A DNA stretch of 60,542 nucleotides, filler included, from Squatina squatina (GCA_031763465.1; 4 parts of 4 records of this genome joined end to end with filler, not necessarily neighbours in it); one strand, 5' to 3'; shown: positions 22,876-37,247, counted from the whole stretch's first letter. Made by a program: numbers and translations. Notes: generated from the sequence alone by a model not told the origin.

Positions 22876-25800
22876 NNNNNNNNNNNNNNNNNNNNNNNNN
22901 NNNNNNNNNNNNNNNNNNNNNNNNNNNNNNNNNNNNNNNNNNNNNNNNNNNNNNNNNNNNNNNNNNNNNNNNNNNTATAAGACCTATGAAAATATTTGAA
23001 ATGGTTCAGGCAGACTGCTAGTTTTAAGCAAAAAGAATAATTTTTGCATTAAAGTAACTTCCAAAGATAAATGTTATATTTCAAAAAAAATGTTCGCAAA
23101 ATTGTATATACAGTATTACATACTTAAGTAACTTAAGAAAAACACATACTAGAGGGGATGCCACTCAGACTTATTGGCACCATTAGTTACCATTCTTTCT
23201 TTCCTGTAGTGATGATCTATACAGCACAGTGTTCCAGAAGTCACATGCATTGGTTCTAATATTTAAATGGCATTGCATGTTGCTTCAATGCAAATTTGAG
23301 TTTCGGTGCAATGTAAATCATTGAACACTGAGCTAGTACTGGTATAATTGCATTTTTAAAATGGAGCCCGGTGTTTTCCATTCCTGTGGGTAATGTTTCA
23401 TTAATAATGCATAAAGACATTACAGATGAGAAGCCACCCAGGAATGGAGTAACAAACAGATCATTACAAATCATTACTACAGACATAACTTCTCTTACCA
23501 TTGCTCATTGAGACAGATATTGCCACACGACTAAGTATTTCATATGCACTACAGGGAGCAGAATGGAACAAGTTTAATCTATGCATTTCTGTTCAGTTTT
23601 TTTTTAAATTTGAAATACAATGACATAAAGATGTGTCCAAATTGGGATTCAAGTTTCATAATCATTTGTCTGGGCAGAATTTGAGAAGCACATTCTGAAG
23701 CACAGAATGTATGATCATTCTCTTTTAATGCACTGCATTTCAGTGCTTATTTTAAATCCAAATTTTTGTATATATAGCACTTGAAAATGTAAATTTGCTA
23801 GTCTTCAGAGGATAATGTAGACGAAACAGAATTAAATTTATCTTTGGCTTTGCAAGGAAAAAGTATGTATTTGTGGTCTGTTCTTAATGTAACATGAATA
23901 CCAATGTTATTTTACCTGTTACAGTAATAGGATGTGGTCAGTCAGTTATTGAAAATTATATTGATAAGATAGTTTCAGCGACTTGTGAAGGAAGCACAGG
24001 AGAAATAGATGTAAAATTATTAATGATAGAATTTCCAGATACATTGCTATTTACAGCAAGGTCTAGGAATGTCATTTACGTTGCCTGAAGCAAGATATTT
24101 ATTTATATCATATCATGAGATACTGCTGTTCCTGTCACTGATTTGCATTTACAGAATTTTTGTTGGAGTGTTAACAAGGGTTTAAACATCACAAATAATA
24201 TAACAACATATCAATAGTCATTGAAAATACAATGAAACATAAAGGTCGCCATCATTACGTGATGTTTACATTTTATGAAGCAATTCATGGACCTGATTGG
24301 ACAGAAACAGACGTCTGCAAAGCAGGGGATTCTTCAANNNNNNNNNNNNNNNNNNNNNNNNNNNNNNNNNNNNNNNNNNNNNNNNNNNNNNNNNNNNNNN
24401 NNNNNNNNNNNNNNNNNNNNNNNNNNNNNNNNNNNNNCCAGAGGCACTGCAGCAAATCCCTAAAATGTTTAGGGGCTTGAAGAAAATAGCAATGGTAAGA
24501 CAATTAGTCAATACTTTATACCAGATAGAGGGGCAAAATATACATGTCATAAAGTGCTGCTCACACTCTGTTCCATATTGACAGCTATCCCATGCAAAGC
24601 TGTCAGGCTGTCTTGCCACCCTTTTGAGTGCTTGCCAATGCATGCCCTTACTCCAATCTCTCTACCCCAAAAGGTTGTGGATGCTAAAACAATTTAAACC
24701 TTCAAGACTGAGTTTGTAGGGTTTTGTTAGATAAGGGTGTCAAGAGATATGAAGCAAAGGTGAGTAAATGGAGTTGAGGCACAGATCATCCATGAACTAC
24801 TTGAATGGCGGAATAATCTTGAGGGAATGAATAGTTCCTATGTATTTCTAAGGTGGGGTGGGGGACTATGGCCATTGCCCGAAAAAATGAGAAATGATAC
24901 ATTCTGGTTAATTAAAAAATCGTTTACACTTCACAAGCAATAGATTTACATTCTAAAAGCATGGGGTGTGGTAGCATAGCACCTCCTACAAATCCCGCAA
25001 TTCAAGCTGCCACTCTTTCCTATCTCAGAACATGCTGGCATTTAACTCAAGTTCATGCTTGACCTTGACTGGACTGTACTGCAAGACTCTTCCCGAACTG
25101 ATCAGGCATCTGAAGAGCTGTTTCAGGATGCCCAAATCTGTACTACCTTGGTAGAGTCAGGGGTGGTGCATCTGCATTCACTTGCTGACTGTGAGTTCTA
25201 CAAAGGGGTCATTAACCAGGGCTGCAGACTGTAACCTCTGTCACATGTGAGAAAAGGCACCATAAATACACAACATAATAGCAGGGAATATAAGCCTTAA
25301 AGAAAGGTATTACTCATCAAGTGGCCAATGACTGGATTAAGCTCTATTGTTCAAATGTTCTGCATATGGGTGATTGAGATTGTAGGAAAGATTTGTGAAA
25401 GAGGTTTGGAAATTGGCAAATATAATTACAGGGGATATGGACAAATTAACTGTGCAGAAAATTTAGCTGTCAGCACTTCAGCAATGCGATATCTTCAAAT
25501 ACAAGATGGATAGAGTAGAATCATAGAATGATACAGCACAGAAGGAGGTCATTCAGTCCATCATGCCTGTGCTGGTTCGCCGAAAAAGCTATTACATTTT
25601 TTATATATTTTTTTCCTTTTTAAGTAGTGATTCAATTCCCTTTTGAAAGTTATTATTGAATCTGTTTTCTCTCCCCTGTCAAGCAGTAGACTCCAGATCA
25701 CACCATGTATAAAATAAATATAATCCAATAAGGAAAAAAGAGGGTGCAGCAAAGATTAGAGCTCAGTGGATAAACAAAGAGATTAAAGCGAAACTGAAAC

Positions 25801-28800
25801 TGAAGAGGAGGCATATAATAACAATAATAAAGGAAATTCTCATGAATATATAAAGTGGAGTGGGGAGATAAAAATGGAGATTGGGAGAGCAAAGGGGGAA
25901 TATGAAAAATGGTAGCAGATAAAGTAAAAGGAAATAGTAAGAGCTTTTAGAAATATATTAAAANNNNNNNNNNNNNNNNNNNNNNNNNNNNNNNNNNNNN
26001 NNNNNNNNNNNNNNNNNNNNNNNNNNNNNNNNNNNNNNNNNNNNNNNNNNNNNNNNNNNNNNNCGTTTATACTCTTTCTCTAGGGTTTCCACCAAAGTTA
26101 TGGCAGCAAATCCGAAGGCCGCCTGCGGAATTTCAACTCTCAGATTTCTTGATCCAAAAGATGTTAAGAATTTTGACAAATTTCATTGCAGTTTTCACAG
26201 CTCTTTTGTACAACTTGCCAACTTCAAAGCAGCCACACAGCCTTAGTGACTGCAGCTTGTACTACTGCCATGTTCATTTAATATTCAAATGCGCCAAGGC
26301 AGACTTCTCACTTATACGGAGATATATTTTGTTTGTTATTTTGCACTAAAAAGGCAGGTTCTAACTCAATCAGCATCTTGGAGCCTGAAGATTTTGGATC
26401 TGAACCTGTGTTCGGGAGATGTGTTCCCTTGCAACTCAGTACAAAAGATCCTGCACTGAGACTTTTAAAATGAAACTATTCATAATTCACTATGTTTGCA
26501 GTCAGTCCTTAATTCAATATTTGGTAATTGTTGCAACAAGAGCATTACAGTAAAGGGGTAATTGTTACTATTTAATATTCTACAGGACCCAGAGGTTCCT
26601 TTGCGACCGGAAAACATATTTGGAATTCGAACTTGGGAGTCAGCCGGCCCGATTCGCAGCCTACGCAATTTTCTGTCCATTATACCCCAACTTTCAATAT
26701 GTGCTCCCATCGTGCGAAGCAACACACTAGGAGCACGAGGTCATAACATGTACTCCATCTTCATAACTACCACTGTGTTTTCACTCCTTTCTATAGACTG
26801 AATTCCTGTACAATATAGCTTTTATGTTCGCTCGATAAAATAACTCTTTGGGCTATGTTAGCAGATGTACACAAAAGGGACTGGATTCTTCAGTTTCACT
26901 TTTTATGACATGTTACATTTTAGAGGAGAAAAAGACTGATTCCACCTAGAGAAGCTGTGACATTAGTTAAACAATCGCATATTATGTCTCACAGTATTGG
27001 AGCCAACGATCTTACAGCATATAAAACAGTCACTGTAGAACAAAGACTCAAAGGCACATCATTTAACATTCTTGTTGCATTCTTTTAGCTCCACATCATC
27101 ACTTCAGTCTAATTCTTGAAGTGTCAAAGAACATGACAGTAATGCTGCAAAACTCCCCATTTAATGTTCTGTACAGATTACAGTGTAGCAATTAAACAAA
27201 ACTGTGCTCCTAAAGTTGCCTTGTCAAAAAAGAATGATGTATTTAAATATATATTAACTGAATGTGGAGAGACACTTTCCCAGCAGTCCAGGAAAATTGA
27301 ATGTCTCATCCAGACACTTTTATGNNNNNNNNNNTTTTTTAAAGATTTCGTTGGTTCTATTAAAACGCACTCTATTTATCTTCGAAACGACCGAAGCAAT
27401 AAACGAGTGAGACAAGGAAAATAATCTAATTCACTGGTTTTGGTTTATATCAAGTTTGTCATTATCTTGTTTTATATCTTAATAAAGTCTGTTTAAAGTG
27501 ATTCATTTTCCTAAGTGCCACAGTTAGCCACAATTAACCTGAACTTAATATGCAAAACCACCATAATTCCAGAACTATAGAAATTACAAATAAACTTTTA
27601 AAAGATGAGGTTGCACTTTCTTTATTAGATGCAGCGTTATAATTTGAGATAGAAATAGCTTATTGCTGGGAATTTAATACACCTGCAATTATTTGCCTGC
27701 AGATGGATAGTTTCAAGTTTCACATNNNNNNNNNNNNNNNNNNNNNNNNNNNNNNNNNNNNNNNNNNNNNNNNNNNNNNNNNNNNNNNNNNNNNNNNNNN
27801 NNNNNNNNNNNNNNNNNNNNNNNNNTTTCTTCAGAGCTACCGCTCCCAATGCTGTGTTAACGAATTGGGCCCCCTTAGATTTAATCTATTGGGGTGGGAG
27901 GAGGGGGGCACTCGAAATACCTTTAGTATCCTTAGGTTAGGGAGGGAAAAACCAGTGAGAGTTCCCTTACCTGTTCACTATCCAGTCACTCCTGCTGAAA
28001 TGGGAGTATTTTGCTGCAGAACGGCCAAAGAATTCTGGCCCGTTCAACTTAGCCTTACATCTGTTCTATGAACAGAACACCCAGTGGGTAATATTGAACC
28101 TCTGTTCAACGCCCTGTTGCTATGCTGGTATAGTAGTTTAGTTTCCCTTGCTTTGTATTCTTGGTTTTCTGTTAGCCTGGTGTGATTTAATGTTCTATTT
28201 CTGCTTCTCTCTGTTGTAAGCTATAATTTAGTGAGTTGTGTTTCAGGTTGGTCTAGCCAATCCCCTTTCAGCTGTCAGGCATTTCAGCATTTCTTCATAA
28301 TCTGGTGATCTCCAGCTGTATTAACCTTACTTTAAAACAGCTGAAGTTATTTTTAAACCACATTTGCATGCCCTTTGTTGTTTTTAATTTCCTCCTACCT
28401 GCTTGTTCTTTTTCTTAATGTATTCACGTTCCATTATGCACTTCTCTTCAGTGAGGCCTCCTTTCCAGAATTTCTATTATGCTTTGCTGTCTTTGCATAT
28501 ATTTTTTCTTAAAGATAACTAGTTGTACTGAAGGGGGATTATTTTGGGGCAAGGGTGAAAACAGAGGCTAAGTGAGTGCTGTGCGAATAAAAATGTTCCT
28601 GTTTAAAAATCTGGATTCAGTCCACACTCTTGGGGCTAATTGCTGCTTACCACGATCTAAACTTGATGGAGGCACATAAATGAAGACCTGCAGGTTTAGC
28701 ACTCAAGCACTGATTTGTAGCAATTTTCCTGCAGTGATATTTATAGCCTCCACACACACACTTCCACTGAAGGTGTGGATTGCGCTGGCTGACAGTGCAA

Positions 28801-28839
28801 CTGAAGGAGCAGGAAAACGGCACTTGTCAGGATGGCTCA

Positions 28840-29055
28840 GGGACGGAGAGAGAGGGCTCACAGATTCTCAGAGGTGGCACTGGAGGTCCTGGTGGAGGAG
28901 TTACAGTGGAGGAGGGATGTCCTGTGCCTGTAGGGGGGAAGGAGGCCACAGAGGCAACCAATGTGGCAGATGTGGGAGATAAGCGAAGAGGCCCCCTGGA
29001 TATGGCTCCACTGCTGCAAACAGTTTAATGATTTGATATGAGTGGTCAAGGTAGA
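28840..29055 (+). mobile_element. PIF/Harbinger Myb/SANT remnant
   Basis: RERAHRFSEVALEVLVEELQWRRDVL...HCCKQFNDLI*VVK followed by a gt donor; same motif set as 4600-4946. Confidence 0.75.
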
Positions 29056-30461
29056 CTCTATCTCACAAACACACTTCTCAATAACTGCACCACCACCAGC
29101 ATCACAACCTCAACACACTGCTTCCACCATCTAACTCTACACTGGGCGTTCACACAACCCACGCTGTTGCATCCTGCACANNNNNNNNNNNNNNNNNNNN
29201 NNNNNNNNNNNNNNNNNNNNNNNNNNNNNNNNNNNNNNNNNNNNNNNNNNNNNNNNNNNNNNNNNNNNNNNNNNNNNNNNCCAACTCCAGTACTGCCTTC
29301 TAAAATTTGGGGTAAGTAAAAAGGACAGCCGTGCCTGAGAATAACTGTATATATGTGGAACACCTGTAGCTTGGAGCGAACCTCTGGCTTAATGGGAGAA
29401 TTTCCACCTCTGAGTCAGAAAGTGTAGCATTCAAACTCTGCTCCAGACAGTCCCAGCGAGTAGAGACTGGAGCTCCGGCTCCAAATTCTGGGTTGAAATT
29501 CAGTGGGATACTTGCGTCTGGTGAGTGTGGGTAGCTCCCCCTCATCATATGGATTATTGGAGCCCATGAATCCTTACACTGTATAGGACCATCCACTTAT
29601 GGCTGGTATAAAGATGATTACAGCAATGGAAGGAGCATTCGCACCATGGCCAGTCAAGACTAATTCGTTTGTGAATCCTTTCACTACCTCACACTATTCT
29701 CCAAGGGAAGAGTGGGAAACTATGAATAAAAACAACCTGTGGCTTACTTCACCTGTGAAATCTGTAGCTGTTAATAAGGCAGTCTAACACAATCACAGAC
29801 CAAGGCTACAAGAATCAAGACATTCTCTCCATGAAACTGCCATTCTCTGAAATGGAATTAAGCGTGCAGCCCTTATGGACCCAACTAGAGGTAATTCCCT
29901 TCTTTCACCTATGATACTTCAGAGTATGACACAGGATCATCTGCTTGTAGACAAAGTATGAAAATAATTAGGTTGGTGCAAAGAACCAACCCATTACAGT
30001 ACTTCCGTCAGGATAATTGATAGTGGGAAATGGTGACCTAGAATTTACCAGAGCATTAAACTAACTTATTAAGTCTTATGGCTGTACAAAAGTACATCTG
30101 ATATTATGGGTTGTGCTAGGGCTAATAAAAGGTTGGTTTGCAAATCAGGGAAATATGCTTTAATGGCACACTGAGATTCTTGATTGTAATTAACTGAGCC
30201 GGGNNNNNNNNNNGCAGTGATAGCATGCTGTAATAAAAATAGAGATGCTTTAGCCAGGGATCGACAAATTTCTTGGCAGGTTAACTTAATGCAGGATATT
30301 CCCATACAGTGCCGTATTTTAAAGTTATGGATGCTGCCATTAATTCTCGGGTTATTTATCACCTTGAAATTTCTGCCTTATCCATGATCGGCAGTATGGT
30401 TTTCAGCATGGCTGTTCTACTGATGATCTAATTATCTGGGTTATGTTCTTGAATGTTTTAG

Positions 30462-30561
30462 NNNNNNNNNNNNNNNNNNNNNNNNNNNNNNNNNNNNNNN
30501 NNNNNTTAATTAATTAANNNNNNNNNNNNNNNNNNNNNNNNNNNNNNNNNNNNNNNNNNNN
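30462..30561. other. Artificial scaffold-joining linker
   Basis: 44 N + TTAATTAATTAA (30506-30517) + 44 N. Confidence 0.95.
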
Positions 30562-30905
30562 GGGGATGTTACATTTTTTCAGGGAGGCTTTGAGGACGTC
30601 CTTGAAGTGCTTCCTCTGCCCTCCTGGTAATCGCTTGCTGTGACGAAGCTCGGAATAAAGTGCTTGTTTCGGGAGTCTTGTATCAGGCATGCGAACGATG
30701 CGGCCCACCCAACACAGCTGGTTGAGTGTGACCAGTGCCTCGATGTTGGGGATGTTGGTCTAAGAGAGGATGTTGACATTCGTATGCCTGTCCTGCCAGT
30801 GGATTTGCAGGATTTTGCAAAGGCAGCAGTTGGTGGTACTTCCCCAGTGCTTTGAAGTGCCTGCTGTACATTGTCCATGTCTCCGATGCATACAGGAACC
30901 CACGA
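30562..30905 (-). mobile_element. RTE-clade LINE ORF C-terminal fragment
   Basis: LYASETWTMYSRHFKAL...WQDR...GRIVRMPDTRLPKQALYSELRHSKRLPGGQRKHFKDVLKASLKKCNIP: RTE C-terminal signature. Confidence 0.9.
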
Positions 30906-32786
30906 CCTACTAACTCAGAGGCCAGAGAGCTAGCACTGACAAGATTAGTCACTTTTACCTACAATTTCTTGATAAGGTAATGAGTGTTTCCAAGCAACAG
31001 TCTGCAAAGGTATGAATGGCAACTGTTAATTAATTCTATGCGTTGTGTTTTTCCACAGGGAGACCATTTCCCCAATTGCTGGATCCACTACCTAATACTT
31101 CAACAACTTAAGCAACAGCAGTTGAGAGAATACCCTACCATTAAACTGGATATGAACTACTCAGAAAACGGCATCTGTTTCTGTGCTTTTCTTCCCCCCT
31201 CCAACCGCCAGCCACGTCCTCGTAACTTCATCCAGTCTTTATCACCTTGCAAGCTGCTAGTTAAACGAACCCACTGTGTGGGATTAGTAACTCTTCAGTG
31301 ACAATGACTTTAACTGGTGTTATTTCACAAGTGTGAAACACCCATAAAATCATCATCTCCACGGATACTTGTACAGCAGGAATTTAAACAAAAGTGCTGC
31401 GGAGCAGTCTTTTCATCAGTTTGTCTGGAATCTGGCCAATCTGTTGACAGCTGCTGTTTCGGTGGAATTTCAAGCTTACCCAAAGCAACATCAAGTTCAA
31501 CAATGATGGGAAGCACCAACTGGAGAGGCAGACCTTGTATTACCAGTCATGGAGTATTCCCTGATTACCAAGTGCCATTGATTAGACTCACATCAACATT
31601 CATGCAATTACAGGTGTTGTTCTCCCTTTTGTCAACTGAAAGGGTTAAAAACGCACATACTTCAAGGAAATTAAGGTTCTCCAACTGTTTAAAGATGAAG
31701 ACACACCTGGAAGGTTTGCTTTTAAACAATTTAAGCAGAGAAAGATATAAGACTATGGGGAGAGAACAAACAACACAATGAGATTCGTTTTCAATTGCTC
31801 TGGCAGCGAGTCGGCACAGTGGTGATGGGCTGAATGGCCACCTTCTGTACTGTAAGATTCTATAATTCAATATGTCACCATATCTGTGGAAGATTTTACA
31901 GTCGAGCATTTCAGACACATCAGCATTTACAGCTGGGGGAATAATGTAAAGGGTGCTGAATAGATGCACAAGATTGAATTTCTTTTTGTTTAATTCGGTG
32001 ATGACACGTCCGACCCTTCTATGTTCAGTAACTTGCAAGTAATAAAGGCTAATAAACATTGGCCATTGGCTCCTGAATGGTCACTATGCTTACAAAACAG
32101 AAATACTGCGGATGCTGGAATCTAGAATACAAACAAAAATTGCTGGAAAAACTCAGCAGGTCAGGCAGCATCTGTGNNNNNNNNNNNNNNNNNNNNNNNN
32201 NNNNNNNNNNNNNNNNNNNNNNNNNNNNNNNNNNNNNNNNNNNNNNNNNNNNNNNNNNNNNNNNNNNNNNNNNNNNCATTATAGTGTCACTAGAGTTAGG
32301 ATCTCAAAACTAAATGACTATTCAGACTCCTGCATCCAATCTTCAATATTTGATTCAAAGGGTTAGTGTAGAGGAAAGATCAGCACAGCACAGCAATTGT
32401 ATCCCTAGATGTCTTTGCCAAGCTTTGTAGATATACTGCGTAGCTTTTGCTCTAAGTGCTTGGTATCATCTGTACTGCACATTATCATTTTTCAGTCATT
32501 TTCTTTATAGTCTCCCTGCACTATCCCAGTCCGAGCTCAGGAGGCATCCACCAATGGCACTCCATTGTCGATCACTAGAATGTACCAGAAAGGTACTGTG
32601 TCTCTGTTCTATGCCTCCCAACAATAACATGACTGAAATTCATAATTTAACAGATGGGGAGTTACTGCCATGAAGCCATACCTCACCACCCCAAAACATG
32701 GTGTTTGGAAGCTTTGAGGCACTGCACACCCTACTGTGCTACTGCTAAAAGTCCTTTGGGAGCTTGGACATATAGCTAGGTCTAGT

Positions 32787-32940
32787 ACAAAAGCAAAATA
32801 CTGCGGATGCTGGAATCTGAAATATAAACAGAGGCAGCATCTGTGGAGAGAGAAACAGACTTAACGTTTCAGGTTGTCTGACGAAGGGTCATCGACCTGA
32901 AACATTAACTCTGTTTCTCTCTCCACATTCTAATGTTTAT
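32787..32940. mobile_element. Short fold-back Penelope-type element with hammerhead-like core, flanked by a 17-bp direct repeat
   Basis: ATATAGCTAGGTCTAGT at 32770-32786 and 32941-32957; inverted arms 32842-32874 and 32895-32927; CTGACGA (32878-32884)-stem-GAAA (32899-32902). Related pieces at 32095-32176, 34390-34490 and 50000-50100. Family assignment is inference. Confidence 0.65.
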
Positions 32941-34479
32941 ATATAGCTAGGTCTAGTGCTGCTTTCCAATGAGCTACATTCAAGTGGCAACAAATGCAGC
33001 AAACCACCACAGGCTATCCTTTTTAAAAAAATTAATATTGTGAAAGATTATATACTATGGTATCTCAAATCTGCACATCACCGTGGCGATGAACGTCTGG
33101 AAACCACAGTGCCCAAGTAGCAGTTTCTCCCACATACTCAAAGTAGGTTAGGTGGATATCACTGCACATGGCCACAAAATTTTGCAACAAGACCTCAGAG
33201 CGGCTCAATGACTAATAAGTACAACTTCTTATTAGAAAGTATCCTTAAAGAACCTTACAAAGCATAACAAGGTTTATGTTACAATTAGTTATTTTTAATT
33301 TTTACAGTATCAACTACTTAATTATACGAATATTGTACTTCTTTCCTGTTGCACAGCGAAGACTAGACAACTCAGTAAAGATTGGGAATCAAATCTGAGA
33401 TTTTCTGTATGGGCTTAGTATAATGGATGGTGTCCTTACTCATTAAGTCATGATGGGTGCTCCACTATATGAAGTTATTTAAAGAAACGTTCAGAATTTC
33501 TACTCGCTCATTTCTATGGCAGACTTGGATATGAACTAACCACAATAAAACAATACAGTTTCTTGTTACACTGTTCAAAGGTGTACTATAAAATTTGTTA
33601 ATACAACCACCATAATTACAATTTTCAGTGCATAGCTTTGCAGTCCTACGACTAATCTGCACTTAAGCAGATTAATGATAAATTGCTATTCTACTCGTTT
33701 TCATTTAAACGGGTCAGTTTAACATAATGCAGAATCCATTTTTACAGTCCAGCCAGTTTAAAAATGATTAAGATCTGGAAGCAATACTAAACTACTCCAT
33801 TAAATAGTCTCTTGTGGCATAATATGCAGGAAGTCTAGGTGAAAAAATAATTACGTGAATATTACAAATTGTACATGTGAGTGATATGAGGGAATAATAG
33901 AAAGAAAAATGAGGAAACGTTATATCCTTGTANNNNNNNNNNNNNNNNNNNNNNNNNNNNNNNNNNNNNNNNNNNNNNNNNNNNNNNNNNNNNNNNNNNN
34001 NNNNNNNNNNNNNNNNNNNNNNNNNNNNNNNNGTGCGGTGAAATCGCTAAAGCTTCAAAAGGGTTTTTTTTAAAAATAAAAAATATCCTCTTTTAGCAAA
34101 TCGAAGAATACTTTGAACAACCAAAATCCTCTCACTTGATTTTCTTTCTCTTTTAAGTTAACACTGCAGTTTAAAAAAAATCAAACTACCAAGACAATGT
34201 TTGAATCGGAACATTTTTCAAACTGGAAACATCCATCAATGACAACGCCCGTCTTTTATTTTTTTAAAGGGGCACTGTCTTCGTGGAGAAAGTGTTTGGT
34301 ACGTCATATATTGTTTGGAGAGAGAGAGTAGGCAAAGATAATTTCCCTGACAATATTATGTATAAGATAAACCCATGATATAAATAAAACCAGTTTTGAA
34401 GAAGGGTCCACATCCGAAATGTTCTCCCTCTCTCTCTCTCTCTCTGAAGATGCTGAGTGTTTGCAACGCTGTTCGGTTT

Positions 34480-35480
34480 TTACAGGTTTGCCAAACCGCG
34501 ATATTTTTTTTCTCTTCTTCAAAGCGGACAATGTCCCTTTAAGAGAGTGATTGCTATCCAGAATTTCCGTCTTGGAAATCCCTGATGTAAACAAACCGCC
34601 CATTTGTATCAGAATGCCGAAGATGGCAGCGGGTTGCCTGAGCGGTCGCTTCATAGCTCAGTTTTGCCACACAAACACTGTTTCATTCTGCTGATGATCT
34701 ATCGCGTCTGGGATCCCCCGGAACCGTCATCGCCGGTGAGTACAATTTCAAGAGGTAAATCCTAACAATTAGAACAAATGTTGCGAATGTGGATCAGGTT
34801 TGGTGGGGATACAAAGAGAAGCTCTTTTTTTGTACCATCTAATGAATGATACCGTACTGTGGAGGTGTTTAGTTTTGCGCCACCACGTGGTCTGTCTGCG
34901 GGGAGTGAAATTGCAACATTGTCCGGTTGGTGTAAGTTACAAAGGGATCGGGCTGGGAAGAGTCAGACTGTCACTGTCAGATGGGGTCCCAAGATCAGTC
35001 AGCAACACGTGAGTGCAACCTTTCACACATCTATAGATACACGAGCACCGCCATAGAACAACAGTCGTGAATAAAAGGCCAGCGGCATCTCTCTCTCTCG
35101 CGTCCTTCGGATAAGACAAAAACGCTCAGCCATATTTTTTTCTCTCGTTTATTTCGCTTTGGATCCGATGCACTGAATGTCCCGCCTACTTAAAAACGTG
35201 CAATCCGGCTTTTACCTCCGTACACGCCAGGGCTTTCACATTTGCTCTTTAAATACTTTTATTTGACGATCGTGTTTTAAAAGTCGGCAATACATTTTTT
35301 TTCTCCCTTTCCTGTCTTGCTGTTGAAGTCGAGATGCAGGGTTGGAGCAAGTGCGCAGGCGTTCTTATACGCCGTCAGAAACGGGTTGGAGTTTGTGCTG
35401 TATTCTGTTGTCCAACATCTGTTTTTTTTAAATTATTTTCTTCGATCGGATCTTCAAAAGGATTGCTCTGCGAGAATTAT
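34480..35480 (+). promoter_or_regulatory. CpG-enriched promoter / first-exon candidate
   Basis: Clear local rise in CpG without an obvious repeat; GTAAACAA (forkhead-like), AAGATGGC (YY1-like, 34620-34627) and a strong donor CCG|gtgagt after 34735. Confidence 0.55.
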
Positions 35481-37247
35481 GTTCACAGCAATAGACCTCA
35501 TGCACCGTTACCTTTAACACATGGAAACCCAAATATTTAAATGTGCAATTTAGTTTTTCTTAAAATAAATCGGTTGTTAATATGTCACTTCAAACAGTTA
35601 AGAAGCTTTATATAAATTAGATTATCAATTTTTATTTATTAATGTGGCAATGATAAACAGCTTAGAATAAATTTAATTAGTAAAAGTTCCAAGGGCATAA
35701 ATCTGCAGGATATACTGTACAGAGCTTGTATCTAATGGCTCAGTTGATCAAACACCGTCTAGCATGATACATGTTAGCAAATGCCATAAAACACCATCTG
35801 GCCCATTAAAGTTTGTTCTTGGAGTTCTCCTAACTCTTCCTAACTCATAATGGCTTTGATTCTGATTATTACGAAAGGTTCCAGGTTTGAGCTCTGATCT
35901 GTGGTATTATCTTCATTGGCNNNNNNNNNNNNNNNNNNNNNNNNNNNNNNNNNNNNNNNNNNNNNNNNNNNNNNNNNNNNNNNNNNNNNNNNNNNNNNNN
36001 NNNNNNNNNNNNNNNNNNNNGTTGATAGCAAATGCGGTTTAAGTTTTGCGGGGATTTTCTTTTAATCTGGACAAAGGTATTTTGTTTCCTACAGCTGAAA
36101 GTTGTAGTGTCGAGTCTGATCCAAAACAGAAAGCCACACTCTAGAGCATGATTAATAACAGCGAGAATGACAAGTACAGCGAGCGTGGAGAGAAAGCCAA
36201 GAGGGAATGACTCACTCTCGATTTCTTCTAAACATGTTGGCTTCTTTGAAACATATTCAGAAGCTCGGCACCTACTGTTCCTTCCAGTGCTGATTTGTTT
36301 TTTTACAGTGTTTAAATTAACGCCAGGAACCTGACAAATTTGCTGCTTTAAACCCAGCAGCCACGAAATGCGACTCCTGGCACACGTCTGCTAGCACTGG
36401 GGGCCAGCAGAGAGACACAGAAATGGAAACAAAATCCTCATGAGGAAAGAGACGAAAAAAATGGAAATAGGAAAATGAGCTCGTTTTAAGCAAAAGTATT
36501 TTTTTTTAATTGAATTTTCTTTTGAAGAAAATCACACAAAATCACCTGGAATTAGTGCCAAAATAGCGACATAGGGGCGGGAAGCCCATCTTTTAATTTG
36601 AACAAGCATTTAAAAAAATGTTAAAGTGGCTTCTTGTTGATTTTATAAAATTGCACCTAAAATTTTATTATTGAAATATTGGACTGTCTGCAGAACAAAC
36701 AACTGGTGGATTAATGATAAATTGTGTGCTGCCGGGATCGTTGCTGTTTGCACTGTTCCTCAGAGTGATATTTTATATCAGCGAAACACAACACTGATAC
36801 ACACAGAGGCATAGTTTGAGCCCTCCTCTGCTTTTAAACCTGTGTGAAATGCCAGCGCTTAGGGCTCTATGTCAAGTGTTCACACAGATTTGCTCTGCAC
36901 ATATGAAGATCCATAAGAGAAGTACTGGTGCTTGAAAGAATCAAAGAGTGCAGGAGGAGAGGAGGCCATTCGGCCCATCGCGCCAGTGCCAGCTCTTTGA
37001 AAGAGCTGCCCAATCAATCCCATTTCCCTCCCCTCACCGTTTTTCTCCCCCATGGCCCAGCAAACTTTTCCTTCTCAAGTATTTATCCAATTCCCTTTAG
37101 TAAAGTACTATTGAATCTGAGAGGGCAGCGCATTCCAGATCACAACANNNNNNNNNNNNNNNNNNNNNNNNNNNNNNNNNNNNNNNNNNNNNNNNNNNNN
37201 NNNNNNNNNNNNNNNNNNNNNNNNNNNNNNNNNNNNNNNNNNNNNNN

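Noticed and set aside
23894-24088. Possible exon VIGCGQSVIENYIDKIV...
   Set aside because: Weak donor, no recognisable homology, no neighbouring exons.
26562-26801. CpG-containing ORF DPEVPLRPENIFGIRTW...
   Set aside because: No recognised homology and poor donor; more likely a transposon relic.
31317-32059. Overlapping 154-aa and 164-aa ORFs
   Set aside because: No recognisable domain or consistent splice structure; compatible with chance.
34240-34290. Motif tcttttatt...taaaggggcact.tcttc shared with 49830-49865
   Set aside because: Short, partly low complexity, on different scaffolds; I could not define element boundaries.
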